Below, in pieces: positions 36,394 to 45,456 of a DNA stretch of 47,069 nt. The DNA is taken from the NCBI GenBank assembly GCA_041302745.1, contig JBFYQP010000037.1, forward strand, positions 1 to 47,069, in the 5' to 3' direction. This DNA is from Candidatus Bipolaricaulota bacterium. GTDB taxonomy: Bacteria; Bipolaricaulota; Bipolaricaulia; UBA7950; UBA9294. A program made the translations under genes and the position numbers. The notes beneath the pieces were generated by a model. That model did no database searches, had not been told where the DNA came from, and saw nothing but the letters and a program-made list of their open reading frames with translations. The first letter of the stretch is position 1. Each line of letters opens with the position of its first letter.

Positions 36394-37431
36394 CTAGCCC
36401 ATGATGCAGGCCATCATCCCTTTCTGGCCGTGGAGGCGGTTCGCCGCCTGTTCGATGATCACGGAGTTCGGGCCGTCGATGACGTCGTCGGTGACCTCCA
36501 TGTCACGATCCGCGGGCAAGCAGTGCATGTAGATCGCGTTGTTCGTCAGCTTCATCTTCTCCGACGTCGTGATCCAATGCTTGTTCGCCTCGAAGACGGC
36601 CTTCGCCTTCTCCGCGTCCATCGGCGTCTTGCCGTCGGTCGCCTGGACCGTCCACGCCTTCGGGTACACGACGTCGGCGCCCTTGAAGGCTTGGTCCATG
36701 TCGTTCACGACCTTGAACGCCCCGCCGTGCCGCTTCGCGAGGTCCTTCGACGCCTGGAGCACCTTCGGGTCGAGGTCGAGGCCCTTCGGGTGCGCGAGGG
36801 TGACGTCCATGCCCATCGTCGACGCGGCGATGATGCAGCTCTGCGGCACCGCGAGCGGCTTCTCGACCGAGCCGGAGTACGCCCAGCTCATGACGAACTT
36901 CTTGCCCTGCAGGTTGTGGCCGAGCTTCTCCTGCATCGTCATGACGTCGGCCAGGTCCTGGCACGGGTGGTACATGTCGTCTTCCATGTTGATGACCGGG
37001 ACCTTGGACCACTCGGCGAACTCGCGGACGATCCGGTTCCCCTTTCCGTAGATCCAGTCGGTGTACTTGCCGTAGATGCGGATCGCGATGGCGTCGCCCA
37101 TCTCGGCCAGCACGCGGGCGACATCGCTGATGCGCTCCGTCGAGTAGGCCTTCTCATCGCCCTTGAGGGCCGGGGTGTACACGGCGCCGGGCTGCAGGAA
37201 GTGGGCGTGGCCGCCGAGCTGCGTCATGGCGGTCTCGAACGAGTTCCGCGTTCGCAGCGACGTGTTGTAGAACATCATGTGAAGCGTCTGCCCGTCGAGC
37301 ACCTTGTGGGGCTCGCGGCGGATGAACTTGCGCTTCAGGTCGTGCGCGGTGTCGAGCATGGCGTCGATCTCGTCGCGCGAAAACTCCAACCAGGTGATGA
37401 AATCTCGTCCTCGTAGCGTGGTGTTCGACAT
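36394..37431 (-). CDS. YgeW-type carbamoyltransferase (substrate unknown)
   Basis: TSLRTRNSFETAMTQLGG, YHPCQDL, MSWAYSGSVEKPLAVPQS...MDVTLAHPKGLDLDP, DVVYPKAWT and YMHCLPAD closely parallel E. coli YgeW as I recall its sequence. Confidence 0.85.
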   Translation of the reverse strand: MSNTTLRGRDFITWLEFSRDEIDAMLDTAHDLKRKFIRREPHKVLDGQTLHMMFYNTSLRTRNSFETAMTQLGGHAHFLQPGAVYTPALKGDEKAYSTERISDVARVLAEMGDAIAIRIYGKYTDWIYGKGNRIVREFAEWSKVPVINMEDDMYHPCQDLADVMTMQEKLGHNLQGKKFVMSWAYSGSVEKPLAVPQSCIIAASTMGMDVTLAHPKGLDLDPKVLQASKDLAKRHGGAFKVVNDMDQAFKGADVVYPKAWTVQATDGKTPMDAEKAKAVFEANKHWITTSEKMKLTNNAIYMHCLPADRDMEVTDDVIDGPNSVIIEQAANRLHGQKGMMACIMG

Positions 37432-37446
37432 GGTCTCTCCTTGGAT

Positions 37447-38403
37447 CTACTCCCTCGTGATCGTGGTTCCCGCTTTGCCTTCCAGCGCGTCCGTCGCCTT
37501 GTCGAGCGACGTGATGATCGCCTTCTCGCCGCCCGACTCGATGAACCGGATGGCGGCGCGCACCTTGGGCTCCATCGAGCCCTTGGCGAAATGCCCTTCG
37601 GCGGCGTACTTCTTTGCCTCGGCCACCGTCATTCGGGCGAGGCTCGTCTCCTGCGGCGTCTTGTAGTGCAGCTTCACCTGGGCGACGTCGGTCAGGATCA
37701 TGAAGATCGAGGCCTTCACGTCGGCGGCGAGCCGCTCGCCGGCGAGGTCTTTGTCGATGACGGCGTCAACGCCCTTCAGCCCTCCGTTCTCGCGCAAGAC
37801 GGGGATCCCGCCGCCGCCGGAGGCGATGACGATCGTGCGGGCGTCGACGAGCTGGCGGATGGCCTCCTTCTCGAAGATCTCGACAGGGTCCGGGGACGCG
37901 ACGACGCGGCGCCACCCGCGGCCGGCGTCCTCTTTCACGTCGTAGCCCTTCTCCTTCTTCAGGCGGGCGGCCTCGTCTGCGCTGTAGAACGGGCCGACCG
38001 GCTTCGTCGGGTTGGCGAACGCGGGATCGGCCTTGTCGACGACGACCTGCGTGACGATCGTCGCGACCGGGATCGAGCCCTTTCCCTTCGCCGCGAGGAG
38101 GTTGATCAGGTTCTGCTGAATCATGTAGCCGATCAGCCCCTGGCTCTCCGCGCCACAGACGTAGAGAGGCATCGGTGCGGCGACCTCCTTGCCCACTTCG
38201 TTCTGGAGCAGGATGTTGCCGACCTGCGGGCCGTTCCCGTGGGTCACGACGATCTTGTACTTGCCCGAGTCCACCATGTGAGCGAGCTGCTCGCACGTGA
38301 TGTGGACGTTCTTCATTTGTTCTTCGAACGTTCCGCGCTGCCCCGGCTGAAGAATGGCGTTTCCGCCCAGGGCAACGACGACCAGCTTCTTCTCGACTTG
38401 CAT
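37447..38403 (-). CDS. arcC: Carbamate kinase
   Basis: KLVVVALGGNAILQPGQ, VVTHGNGPQVG and later carbamate-kinase blocks. 318 aa. Its stop lies 15 nt upstream of the carbamoyltransferase start. Confidence 0.9.
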   Translation of the reverse strand: MQVEKKLVVVALGGNAILQPGQRGTFEEQMKNVHITCEQLAHMVDSGKYKIVVTHGNGPQVGNILLQNEVGKEVAAPMPLYVCGAESQGLIGYMIQQNLINLLAAKGKGSIPVATIVTQVVVDKADPAFANPTKPVGPFYSADEAARLKKEKGYDVKEDAGRGWRRVVASPDPVEIFEKEAIRQLVDARTIVIASGGGGIPVLRENGGLKGVDAVIDKDLAGERLAADVKASIFMILTDVAQVKLHYKTPQETSLARMTVAEAKKYAAEGHFAKGSMEPKVRAAIRFIESGGEKAIITSLDKATDALEGKAGTTITRE

Positions 38404-38455
38404 TCCATCACCCTTCCTGTTTCGTTGGCGGATGGGTTCGGGCCTAGGCTGCGGC

Positions 38456-39163
38456 CTACGCCTCCCAGATCTCCCGCATCCGCGTCCAATGCTCGACCAT
38501 CTTCGTGAACGCCGCGTCCTCGTCCTGGTCCTCGACAGCGTCGAGGATCTCCCGGTGCAGGTCGACGACGTGCTGCAGATCGCTCACGTTCTTCAAGTAG
38601 TAGTGCCGTGTGAACTCCCGGTAGACCCTCTGATCCATCGTGTCGATCAGCGGGACGAGGGCGGACCCCACGAGAGGGTTCCCCGCCGCGTCGGCCAGGG
38701 CGCGATGGAACGCCTTGTCGGCCGCGAAGTACGCGTCGAAGTCGTTCTCTCCGGCCCGGACACGCATCGTTTCGAGAATCTCGCGGAGCTGCTCGATCGC
38801 GGCCTCGTCCGACTTCTCGGCGGCCATCGCCGCCACGGGCGGCTCGAGGGCTTCGCGAGCCTCCATCACCTCGAGACAGCCGGCCTCGCTCTCAATCAGG
38901 TGGAGCGTGTTCGACTCGTCCGTTGTCGACGGCGCCCGCAGCACGTAGTTCCCGCTTCCGGGACGCGACTCGATGATCGCCATCGCTTGGAGAGCCGACA
39001 GCGCCTCGCGGATGGACGGTCGGCTCACGCCCATCTGCTCGGCCAGCTCAAACTCCGACGGAAGGCGGCTCCCCACGGGGAAATCGCCTCGGTGGATCGC
39101 GTCAACGATCTGCTCGGCGGCGATCGCCGAGACCTTCCGCGACTGCACCCTACTGAACCGCAT
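38456..39163 (-). CDS. GntR-family transcriptional regulator, FadR/FCD subfamily
   Basis: wHTH LPSEFELAEQMGVSRPSIREALSALQAMAIIESRPGSGNYV, followed by an all-helical FCD-like C-domain. The ATG at 39163 is preceded by AAGGAG; the track's GTG 39181 is less likely. Confidence 0.85.
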   Translation of the reverse strand: MRFSRVQSRKVSAIAAEQIVDAIHRGDFPVGSRLPSEFELAEQMGVSRPSIREALSALQAMAIIESRPGSGNYVLRAPSTTDESNTLHLIESEAGCLEVMEAREALEPPVAAMAAEKSDEAAIEQLREILETMRVRAGENDFDAYFAADKAFHRALADAAGNPLVGSALVPLIDTMDQRVYREFTRHYYLKNVSDLQHVVDLHREILDAVEDQDEDAAFTKMVEHWTRMREIWEA

Positions 39164-39274
39164 TGCCGTCTCCTTCTTCACTCGATCTTGTGTCGTTCCC
39201 TTCGATGATACCCCCGCTCGCGCGGGCAGACCCAGCCGGTGCGGCGCAGGGCCCTTGGGCGTAGGCCATTCGCC

Positions 39275-40384
39275 TCATGGGCGAGCCTCCTTCACGGGGA
39301 CGAGGCCTCCTCCCCTCTGCAGGAGGAGGGCCGCCGCGGGGCAGGACGAGGCACAGAGTCCGCATCCGCGGCAGTCCGCTTCGACGATCGTCTCTGCGCT
39401 TCGCCGTGCCCCGTACGGGCAGACGCGGACGCAGACTCCGCACTGCGTGCAGGCCGTGCGGCTCCAGGCGAATGTCCAACCCTCTCGAACCTGCGTTCCG
39501 TTCGAAGCGGCGACAAGTGCCGGGAGGCCCGCCCCCGTCGCTTCGCCCGGGCTCTGGAACCCCAGCGAGGCAAGGCGCGCCGACACGTCCCGAAGGAGGT
39601 CGCCGAAGACCGACACGCCGTGCAGCACGGGCGCCGTGCAGACTCCGACGGCGGTCGCCCCCGCGTAGAGCATCTCGAGGACATCGTCGGCGGTTTCGAC
39701 GCCCCCCGTCCCGATGATGGGGCATCCCGTTTCGCGCGCGATGTCGGCAACGACGCGGAGAGCGATGGGAAGGATCGGCCGTCCCGAGAGCCACCCGTAT
39801 CCTCCGAGCCGCGGGCGGCGCGAGGCGAGGTCGAAGCGCAGTGCCGGCCCGACGGAGTCAATGGCTGTGATGGCCGATGCGCCGTTCGCGAGGCACGCGC
39901 GGGCGGTCTCGACGACGCCCGGCGCGTTGGCGCTCACCTTCGCGAACACCGGCACGGAGGCGCGCCTCACCGCCTCCTCGACCATGCCGGGCACGGCCGA
40001 ACCGTCGTACGAGACGACCTCGAGCGCGCAGGCTCCTGCTTCGGCCAACGCGCCGGCGAGCGCGCGCACATCCTCGCGCGTCAGCCCCACGCTCGCGATC
40101 ACCACGGTCCCCGCCTGGCGGGCGCGCGGGATCTCCCGCTCGATCCACCGTTCGGGGGAGAGGTCGGACCAGCGTTCGGCGTTCAGGAGCCCGCCGCTCG
40201 ACCGCGCGATGTGCGGCACCGGGTTCACGGCCGCGCGCACGCCGATGGTCTTCGTGACGACGGCGCCGGCGCCGGCGCGGGTGGCGCGCGCGAGCGCGTC
40301 CCCGTCAAACGAGAGCGGGCCCGAGGCGAGCACGAAGGGCGTTCGGAGCTTCAGGCCGCACAGGTTCGTCGCAAGGTCGATCAT
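39275..40384 (-). CDS. PreA-like (DHODH/dihydropyrimidine dehydrogenase-fold) FMN protein with a C-terminal 2x[4Fe-4S] ferredoxin domain
   Basis: MIDLATNLCGLKLRTPFVLASGP, FAKVSAN and IIGTGGVETADDVLEMLYAGATAVGVCTA (FMN barrel). CTQCGVCVRVCP and CRGCGLCASSCP clusters. ATGA overlap with the upstream gene. Confidence 0.75.
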   Translation of the reverse strand: MIDLATNLCGLKLRTPFVLASGPLSFDGDALARATRAGAGAVVTKTIGVRAAVNPVPHIARSSGGLLNAERWSDLSPERWIEREIPRARQAGTVVIASVGLTREDVRALAGALAEAGACALEVVSYDGSAVPGMVEEAVRRASVPVFAKVSANAPGVVETARACLANGASAITAIDSVGPALRFDLASRRPRLGGYGWLSGRPILPIALRVVADIARETGCPIIGTGGVETADDVLEMLYAGATAVGVCTAPVLHGVSVFGDLLRDVSARLASLGFQSPGEATGAGLPALVAASNGTQVREGWTFAWSRTACTQCGVCVRVCPYGARRSAETIVEADCRGCGLCASSCPAAALLLQRGGGLVPVKEARP

Positions 40385-41700
40385 CGGCCCCCCTTCGTCC
40401 ACAGGCGGCGTGCCTGGGCGTGGGCCTCGCGGCGCGCGGCCTCAAGGTCGACGGCCAGGAGTTCGCCGTCCCTGAAGAGCACCCGTCCGTCGACGACCGT
40501 GAGAGCGACATCCGCCCCGGACCGGAACAGAACGAGCTGTTCGGCGACGTTCTCGGCCGTGAGGGGCGTGTCGAGGTCGAGGCGTACGCCGACCACGTCG
40601 GCGCGTCGCCCCGGCGCTAGGAGGCCCGCGTTGACGCCGACGGCGTCGGCGCCCCACGCCGTGGCCATGGCGAGCACCGTCCGTGCCGGCATGACTCGCG
40701 CGTCGCGTCGCACTCCCTTGTGGATGAGGAAGGCGGTGCGCATGACCTCGAACGGGTCGTTGATGTACCCGTCGGTGCCGAGGCCGGGGCGCATCCCGGC
40801 CTCGAGCATCTCGGGGATCGGGGCGACGCCTCCGCCGACCTCGCAGTTGCTCGCCGGCATGTGGGCGAGGCGCACCCGCCGCTTCGCCAGCACCGCGATC
40901 TCGTCTTCGTCGAGCGAGACGCCCTGCGAGGCGAGCACCGAGCTGTCCCAGAACCCCAGGCGGTCGTACCAGATCGCAGGCCGCACTCCGTATCGCTCGA
41001 GGGTGAACGACGGCTCGTAGTCGCTCTCGGAGAGATGAAGGTGGATGCGGACGCCCGACTCGACGGCGAGGGCCTTTCCTTCCCGCACGAACGCCTCCGA
41101 GCACGAGAACGACGTGTGCAGGCTCATCATCCCGGTCACGCGCCCCGTTCCGTGCGCGGCGGCGAATCCGGCGTTCTCGAACAGCGCCGCCCGCGCCGCG
41201 GCCTCGCCGTGGCGCTCGGACGCCTCGAGCGAAAGCACGGCGCGGATGCCCGTCTCCTCGGCGACGCGGGCCTCGACGTCGAGAACGCCGGACGCCGCGC
41301 GCGGCGCCTCGAGGACGTCGCACACGGTCGTGATGCCGAAGCGGATCATCCTCGCGCAGGCGAGGCGGAAGGCCGCCTCGACCATCGCGGCGTCGAGACG
41401 ATCTTCGACGCGCGGCCACCAGAACTCGGCGAGGAACGGGTAGAACCCGGCCGGCGGCTCCGCAAGGGGGATGCCGTGCGCCAGGATGCCGTAGGAGTGC
41501 ATGTGCGCGTTGACGAATCCCGGCATCAGGAGGAGGTCGCGCGCGTCGATCGTCTCGATCCCCGGCCGCGTTGCGGCGAGGGTCTCGTTGGGGCCGACGT
41601 CCGCGATCGCGCCGTCGACGATCCGCACGCCCCACCCCGTTTGCAGTAGAGCGTCGGCCGCCGTCAGCAGGGCTCCGCCGAGAAGGATCCGCTCAGTCAT
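40381..41700 (-). CDS. SsnA-like metal-dependent amidohydrolase (chlorohydrolase/deaminase superfamily)
   Basis: LLMPGFVNAHMHSYGILAHGI...FLAEFWWPRVEDRLD parallels E. coli SsnA (PGIVCSHNHFYSGLSRGI...LWWRLDRALD) as I recall it. HxH, later His residues and Asp (GTDGY) are present. Confidence 0.75.
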   Translation of the reverse strand: MTERILLGGALLTAADALLQTGWGVRIVDGAIADVGPNETLAATRPGIETIDARDLLLMPGFVNAHMHSYGILAHGIPLAEPPAGFYPFLAEFWWPRVEDRLDAAMVEAAFRLACARMIRFGITTVCDVLEAPRAASGVLDVEARVAEETGIRAVLSLEASERHGEAAARAALFENAGFAAAHGTGRVTGMMSLHTSFSCSEAFVREGKALAVESGVRIHLHLSESDYEPSFTLERYGVRPAIWYDRLGFWDSSVLASQGVSLDEDEIAVLAKRRVRLAHMPASNCEVGGGVAPIPEMLEAGMRPGLGTDGYINDPFEVMRTAFLIHKGVRRDARVMPARTVLAMATAWGADAVGVNAGLLAPGRRADVVGVRLDLDTPLTAENVAEQLVLFRSGADVALTVVDGRVLFRDGELLAVDLEAARREAHAQARRLWTKGGR

Positions 41701-43603
41701 GGCGCAGCGCCTCCAGCCGAGCGGCGACGTCGGGGAGCTCGAGGCGAAGGAGCGTGTCAGGCGTCGGCCAGCCGCGCTCGGCGTCCCACCCGCGGAGCGC
41801 GTAGTACTCGTCGAGCATCTCCTCGGCGTGGGCGATCTCGCCGCGCGCGCCCATCGACGGCGACGGCTCTTCTTTGAAGCGGCGCGGGAGCCGATCGTCG
41901 GCGCGCGTGATTCCGTGCACGGCGTTGTAGGCGCGCATCAGGTTGTAGATCCGCTCGCCGGTTTTCCGCAGGGCGTCGGGCGTCGTCTCGACCCCGGTCG
42001 CGTAGGTCAGGCCTTCCGCAAGGTCGGGCCAGTAGACCTCGGCCATCACGAACGTTCCGCCGGACTTGCAGACGCCGACGGAGTCAACGACGGCGCCGTA
42101 GTCCTCCCCATCCTTCACCAGGAACGGCTTGTGTTTGGTCGCGTGGGGGTCCGCCATCTCCGGCAGGAACGCGGCGCCGTAGCGTCGAGCGACCTCGTTG
42201 GGGCTCCCGGTCTCGTCGATCGTCGGGAACGCCTTCAGGTGGTCGGCGCCGCGGCTCGACGTGATGTGCGCGAGCCCCATCGACTGCTGGGCGCGGCCGT
42301 CCTGAGCGGGGATCTCGAGTCCCTTGACCTCCATGGCGTACTCCTCGGCGCCCCGGCCGATGCGGTGTGCCGCCTCGCGCACCCCGAGCGACAGGAGGTC
42401 GCCGAAACCCTCGCGGCGCGCAATGCGCTCGATCAGTTCGAGCATGACGTGGTAGTCGCCCCACCGCAGTTCTAGGCCGTCGGTGTCGGCCTTCGTCAGG
42501 AGCCCCTTCTCGAAGAGCTCGAACGCGAACGAGATCGATCGCCCGGCCGAGATGGTGTCCATTCCCAAGCGGTCGCACCGCTCGTTCGCGTGAAGGATGG
42601 ACGGGAGGTTGTCGTTTCCGACCGCGGCGCCGAACGCGTTCAGGGTCTCATACTCGAGACTGGACGTCACCGCTCCGGCAAACTCCCCGGACGTCACGTG
42701 GAAGACCTTGTCGCAGCGGATCGGACAGCCGAAGCACCCTGCGTCCTTCACCCAGTGGTTGCGGCGCAGGGCGTCGCCGGCGATGCGGTCCGCGGCCGCG
42801 AAGTCGCCCGACTGGAAGTTGCGCGTCGGGAACCGCCCGATCTCGTTCACGACGGAGACGAGGCCCGACGTTCCGTGCCGGGAGATCGACGGGTAGAACT
42901 CGTTTCTTCGGATCCGTTCGTGCATCGCCCGCGCGAGCCGGGTGAACTCCGTCGGAGAGGCGATCGGCACGGGACGCGAGCCGCGGACGGCGATCGCCTT
43001 CAGCCGCTTCGCGCCCATCACAGTGCCCACGCCCGTTCGGGCGAGGCTGCGGTTCGGTGAGGCCTGGATGGACGCGTAGCGAACGCCATTCTCCGCCGCG
43101 GGACCGACGCAGGCGACCATGACTCGGTCGTCGGCCTTCGCCCGCCGGATTGCGGCCTCCGTCTCGACCGTATCGAGCCCCCACAGGTCGGCGGCGTCCT
43201 CGAGCTTCGCGCGGCCGTCGTCGATCCAGAGCCACACGGGGCGGCTTGCCTGGCCGGTGAAGACGAGGAAGTCGTAGCCGCTCCGCTTCAGCTCCGGGCC
43301 GAACATACCGCCGCAGTTGGCGTCGCCGTAGATGCCGGTGAGGGGAGACTTTGCGATGGCTTCGAAGCGCCCGGAGGTCGGCCAGGCCGTGCCGCACAGG
43401 GGGCCGGACGCGAGGATCAGATCGCTCTCCGGCGAGAGCGCGTCGACGGCGGGCGGAACCTCGTCCCAAAGAATGCGGACGCCGAACCCGTTTCCCCCGA
43501 GGTAGCGGAGGCGGAGCTCCCGGGGCGTCTCGGCCGCGACGATCTCGCCGTTCGATAGATCGACTCGCAAGGACTGACCTGCGTAACCGCCGGTTCGGCT
43601 CAT
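41693..43603 (-). CDS. Aldehyde:ferredoxin oxidoreductase-family (tungsto/molybdopterin) enzyme, copy B
   Basis: From the internal MSRTGGYAGQSLRVDLSNG: 636 aa. AFOR_N pattern (LGGNGFG...ASGPLCGT), [4Fe-4S] ligands CFGCPIRC plus DSVGVCKSG, and SSRGADH. The 1023-aa track ORF is a run-on into the upstream gene. Confidence 0.85.
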   Translation of the reverse strand: MSRTGGYAGQSLRVDLSNGEIVAAETPRELRLRYLGGNGFGVRILWDEVPPAVDALSPESDLILASGPLCGTAWPTSGRFEAIAKSPLTGIYGDANCGGMFGPELKRSGYDFLVFTGQASRPVWLWIDDGRAKLEDAADLWGLDTVETEAAIRRAKADDRVMVACVGPAAENGVRYASIQASPNRSLARTGVGTVMGAKRLKAIAVRGSRPVPIASPTEFTRLARAMHERIRRNEFYPSISRHGTSGLVSVVNEIGRFPTRNFQSGDFAAADRIAGDALRRNHWVKDAGCFGCPIRCDKVFHVTSGEFAGAVTSSLEYETLNAFGAAVGNDNLPSILHANERCDRLGMDTISAGRSISFAFELFEKGLLTKADTDGLELRWGDYHVMLELIERIARREGFGDLLSLGVREAAHRIGRGAEEYAMEVKGLEIPAQDGRAQQSMGLAHITSSRGADHLKAFPTIDETGSPNEVARRYGAAFLPEMADPHATKHKPFLVKDGEDYGAVVDSVGVCKSGGTFVMAEVYWPDLAEGLTYATGVETTPDALRKTGERIYNLMRAYNAVHGITRADDRLPRRFKEEPSPSMGARGEIAHAEEMLDEYYALRGWDAERGWPTPDTLLRLELPDVAARLEALRHD

Positions 43604-45456
43604 CCTCGCCCTCCGACGTCGGCCAGCCACCGTTCGAGGCCCAGCCCTTGGAGGGTCTCCCGCGTCGGGATCCCGTTCGCGTCCCAGCCGCGCAGCGCGT
43701 AGTAGCGGGCGAGCATCTCGTCGAAGCCTTCGATGACGTGGAGCGTCGTCCGTCCGCCTCGCTCCACGGGCATCGGCTCCTCCGTGAATCGGCTCGGAAG
43801 CCGGTCGTCCTTGGACGACAACCCCAGACGGACATTGAACATCCGTTCGAGGTTGACGATGCGCTCCCCGGCGCGCAGGAGTTCGTCGCCCGTCGTCTCG
43901 ACGCCGAGCGCGCGGGCCCCGCGGGCAAGGTCCTCCGGGTGCAGCGGATGGGTCTCCACCGTGCTGAACTTGCAGACGCCGAGCGAGTCGGCCACGGCGC
44001 AGTAGTGCTCGCTGAAGACAACCAGGTCGGGCTTGTGGCGCTCGTCGCTCGGATCCATGACGTCCGGCAGGACGTGGGCCAGGTGCATGCGAGCGGCCTC
44101 CTCGAGCCCGGCGGTATCGATCGTCGGCAACGCGTAGAGATGGTCGGCGCCGCGGTTCGACGTCGCGTGCCCGAGGCCGAAGCTCTTCGCCACGCGGCCC
44201 TCCTGCGACGGGATCTCGAGGCCTTTGACCTCCATGGCGTACCGGGGGGCGTCGCCGCCCAGGGTCGCCGCGGCCGCACGCACGCCGGAAGCAAGGAGGT
44301 CGCCGATGCCGCTGCGCGAGGAGATCCGCCGGACGACCTCGACGACCGTCTCGGGGTCCCCCCACTCGAGCGACAGGGTCTCGTCGTCGAGCAGCCCGCG
44401 CTCGTGGCACTCCATGGCGAACGCGATCGCGGCCCCGGTCGACAGCGTGTCGAGGCCGAGCTCGTTGCAGAGCATGTTGGCGTAGAGGATGACTTCCGGA
44501 TCGGAGCAGTCGCACTGCGGCCCGAGGGAGTCGACGGTCTCGTACTCCGGCCCCGCCGTCGTGCAGGCGTAGGCCCCGCCGCGAACCGTCGAGATGCGGC
44601 CGCACCGGATCGGACAGCCCAAGCAGCCTTTGACCTCCGACTTGTAGGCCTCGAGGGCCTCGGCGTCGATCCGGTCGATGAACGCGACCTGGCCCCGCTG
44701 GTGGTTCTTTGCGGGCAGGTCGCCGATCTCGTTCTTGATCGCCGTCAAGAACGGCGTGCCCCATCGACTCAGGTTCTGGATGGACGGGGCCGAGAGCAGC
44801 CGCTCGGTTGCCCGCCGCGCCTCGGCGAGGAACGCTCTAGGCGCTCGATCGGGCGGGACCCTGTCGACGACGACGGCCTTCAGGTTCTTCGATCCGAACA
44901 CCGCGCCGCCCCCGGTGCGCGCCGCCGCGCGGCCGCCGTCGTTGATCACGGCGGCGAACCGGACGCCGTTCTCGCCCGCCGGGCCGATGCTCGCCACGGC
45001 GGCGTCTGGGTATCGCTCGTGCAGGGTCGCTTCGGTCTCCCGGGTCGTCTTTCCCCAGAGGTCGCCGGCCGGCCGGACGGCCACCGACCCGCGACCCACG
45101 AGGAGGTGAGTCGGCGTCTCGGCGCGCCCGCGCACGACGATCGCGTCGAAGCCGCACGCCGCGAGGAACGGGCCGAGCTTGCCGCCGGCGTTGGCATACC
45201 CGTAGCACCCCGTCAACGGCGATCGGAACGTGAGGTGGTAGCGCGAGGCGGCCGGCCACGGCGTGCCGGAGAAGAGCCCCGACGTGAGGATGAGGGCGCT
45301 CTCCGGATCGAGGGGGGCGATGCCGGGGGGCGCCAGGTCGTAGATCAGGCTGGCTCCGTATCCGCGCCCGCCGAGGAACTCGTCGAGCCGATCCCTCGGC
45401 GTGTCAACGATCTCGGTCGCGCCGAGAGAAAGGTCCACGTACGCTGTCTTCCGCAT
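43600..45456 (-). CDS. Aldehyde:ferredoxin oxidoreductase-family enzyme, copy A
   Basis: MRKTAYVDLSLGATEIV...LGGRGYG...TSGLFSGT, CLGCPIRC plus DSLGVCKFS, and SNRGADH. 618 aa. ATGA overlap with copy B. Confidence 0.85.
   Translation of the reverse strand: MRKTAYVDLSLGATEIVDTPRDRLDEFLGGRGYGASLIYDLAPPGIAPLDPESALILTSGLFSGTPWPAASRYHLTFRSPLTGCYGYANAGGKLGPFLAACGFDAIVVRGRAETPTHLLVGRGSVAVRPAGDLWGKTTRETEATLHERYPDAAVASIGPAGENGVRFAAVINDGGRAAARTGGGAVFGSKNLKAVVVDRVPPDRAPRAFLAEARRATERLLSAPSIQNLSRWGTPFLTAIKNEIGDLPAKNHQRGQVAFIDRIDAEALEAYKSEVKGCLGCPIRCGRISTVRGGAYACTTAGPEYETVDSLGPQCDCSDPEVILYANMLCNELGLDTLSTGAAIAFAMECHERGLLDDETLSLEWGDPETVVEVVRRISSRSGIGDLLASGVRAAAATLGGDAPRYAMEVKGLEIPSQEGRVAKSFGLGHATSNRGADHLYALPTIDTAGLEEAARMHLAHVLPDVMDPSDERHKPDLVVFSEHYCAVADSLGVCKFSTVETHPLHPEDLARGARALGVETTGDELLRAGERIVNLERMFNVRLGLSSKDDRLPSRFTEEPMPVERGGRTTLHVIEGFDEMLARYYALRGWDANGIPTRETLQGLGLERWLADVGGRG

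Noticed and set aside
41693-44764. 1023-aa fused AOR ORF (and likewise the 735-aa gcvPB ORF 12645..14852 and the 960-aa recG ORF 19683..22565)
   Set aside because: The N-terminal portions are out-of-frame read-through of the upstream gene, with Arg-rich composition. In each case an internal ATG coincides with the upstream stop (ATGA) or with the family-typical N-terminus.
32981-45456. In-frame TGA (selenocysteine) in the XDH-family, AOR or SsnA-like genes, since related E. coli clusters are selenium-linked
   Set aside because: All these ORFs are uninterrupted from a plausible start to the stop. There is no split ORF pair suggesting a recoded TGA, and no SECIS-like hairpin was sought or seen.
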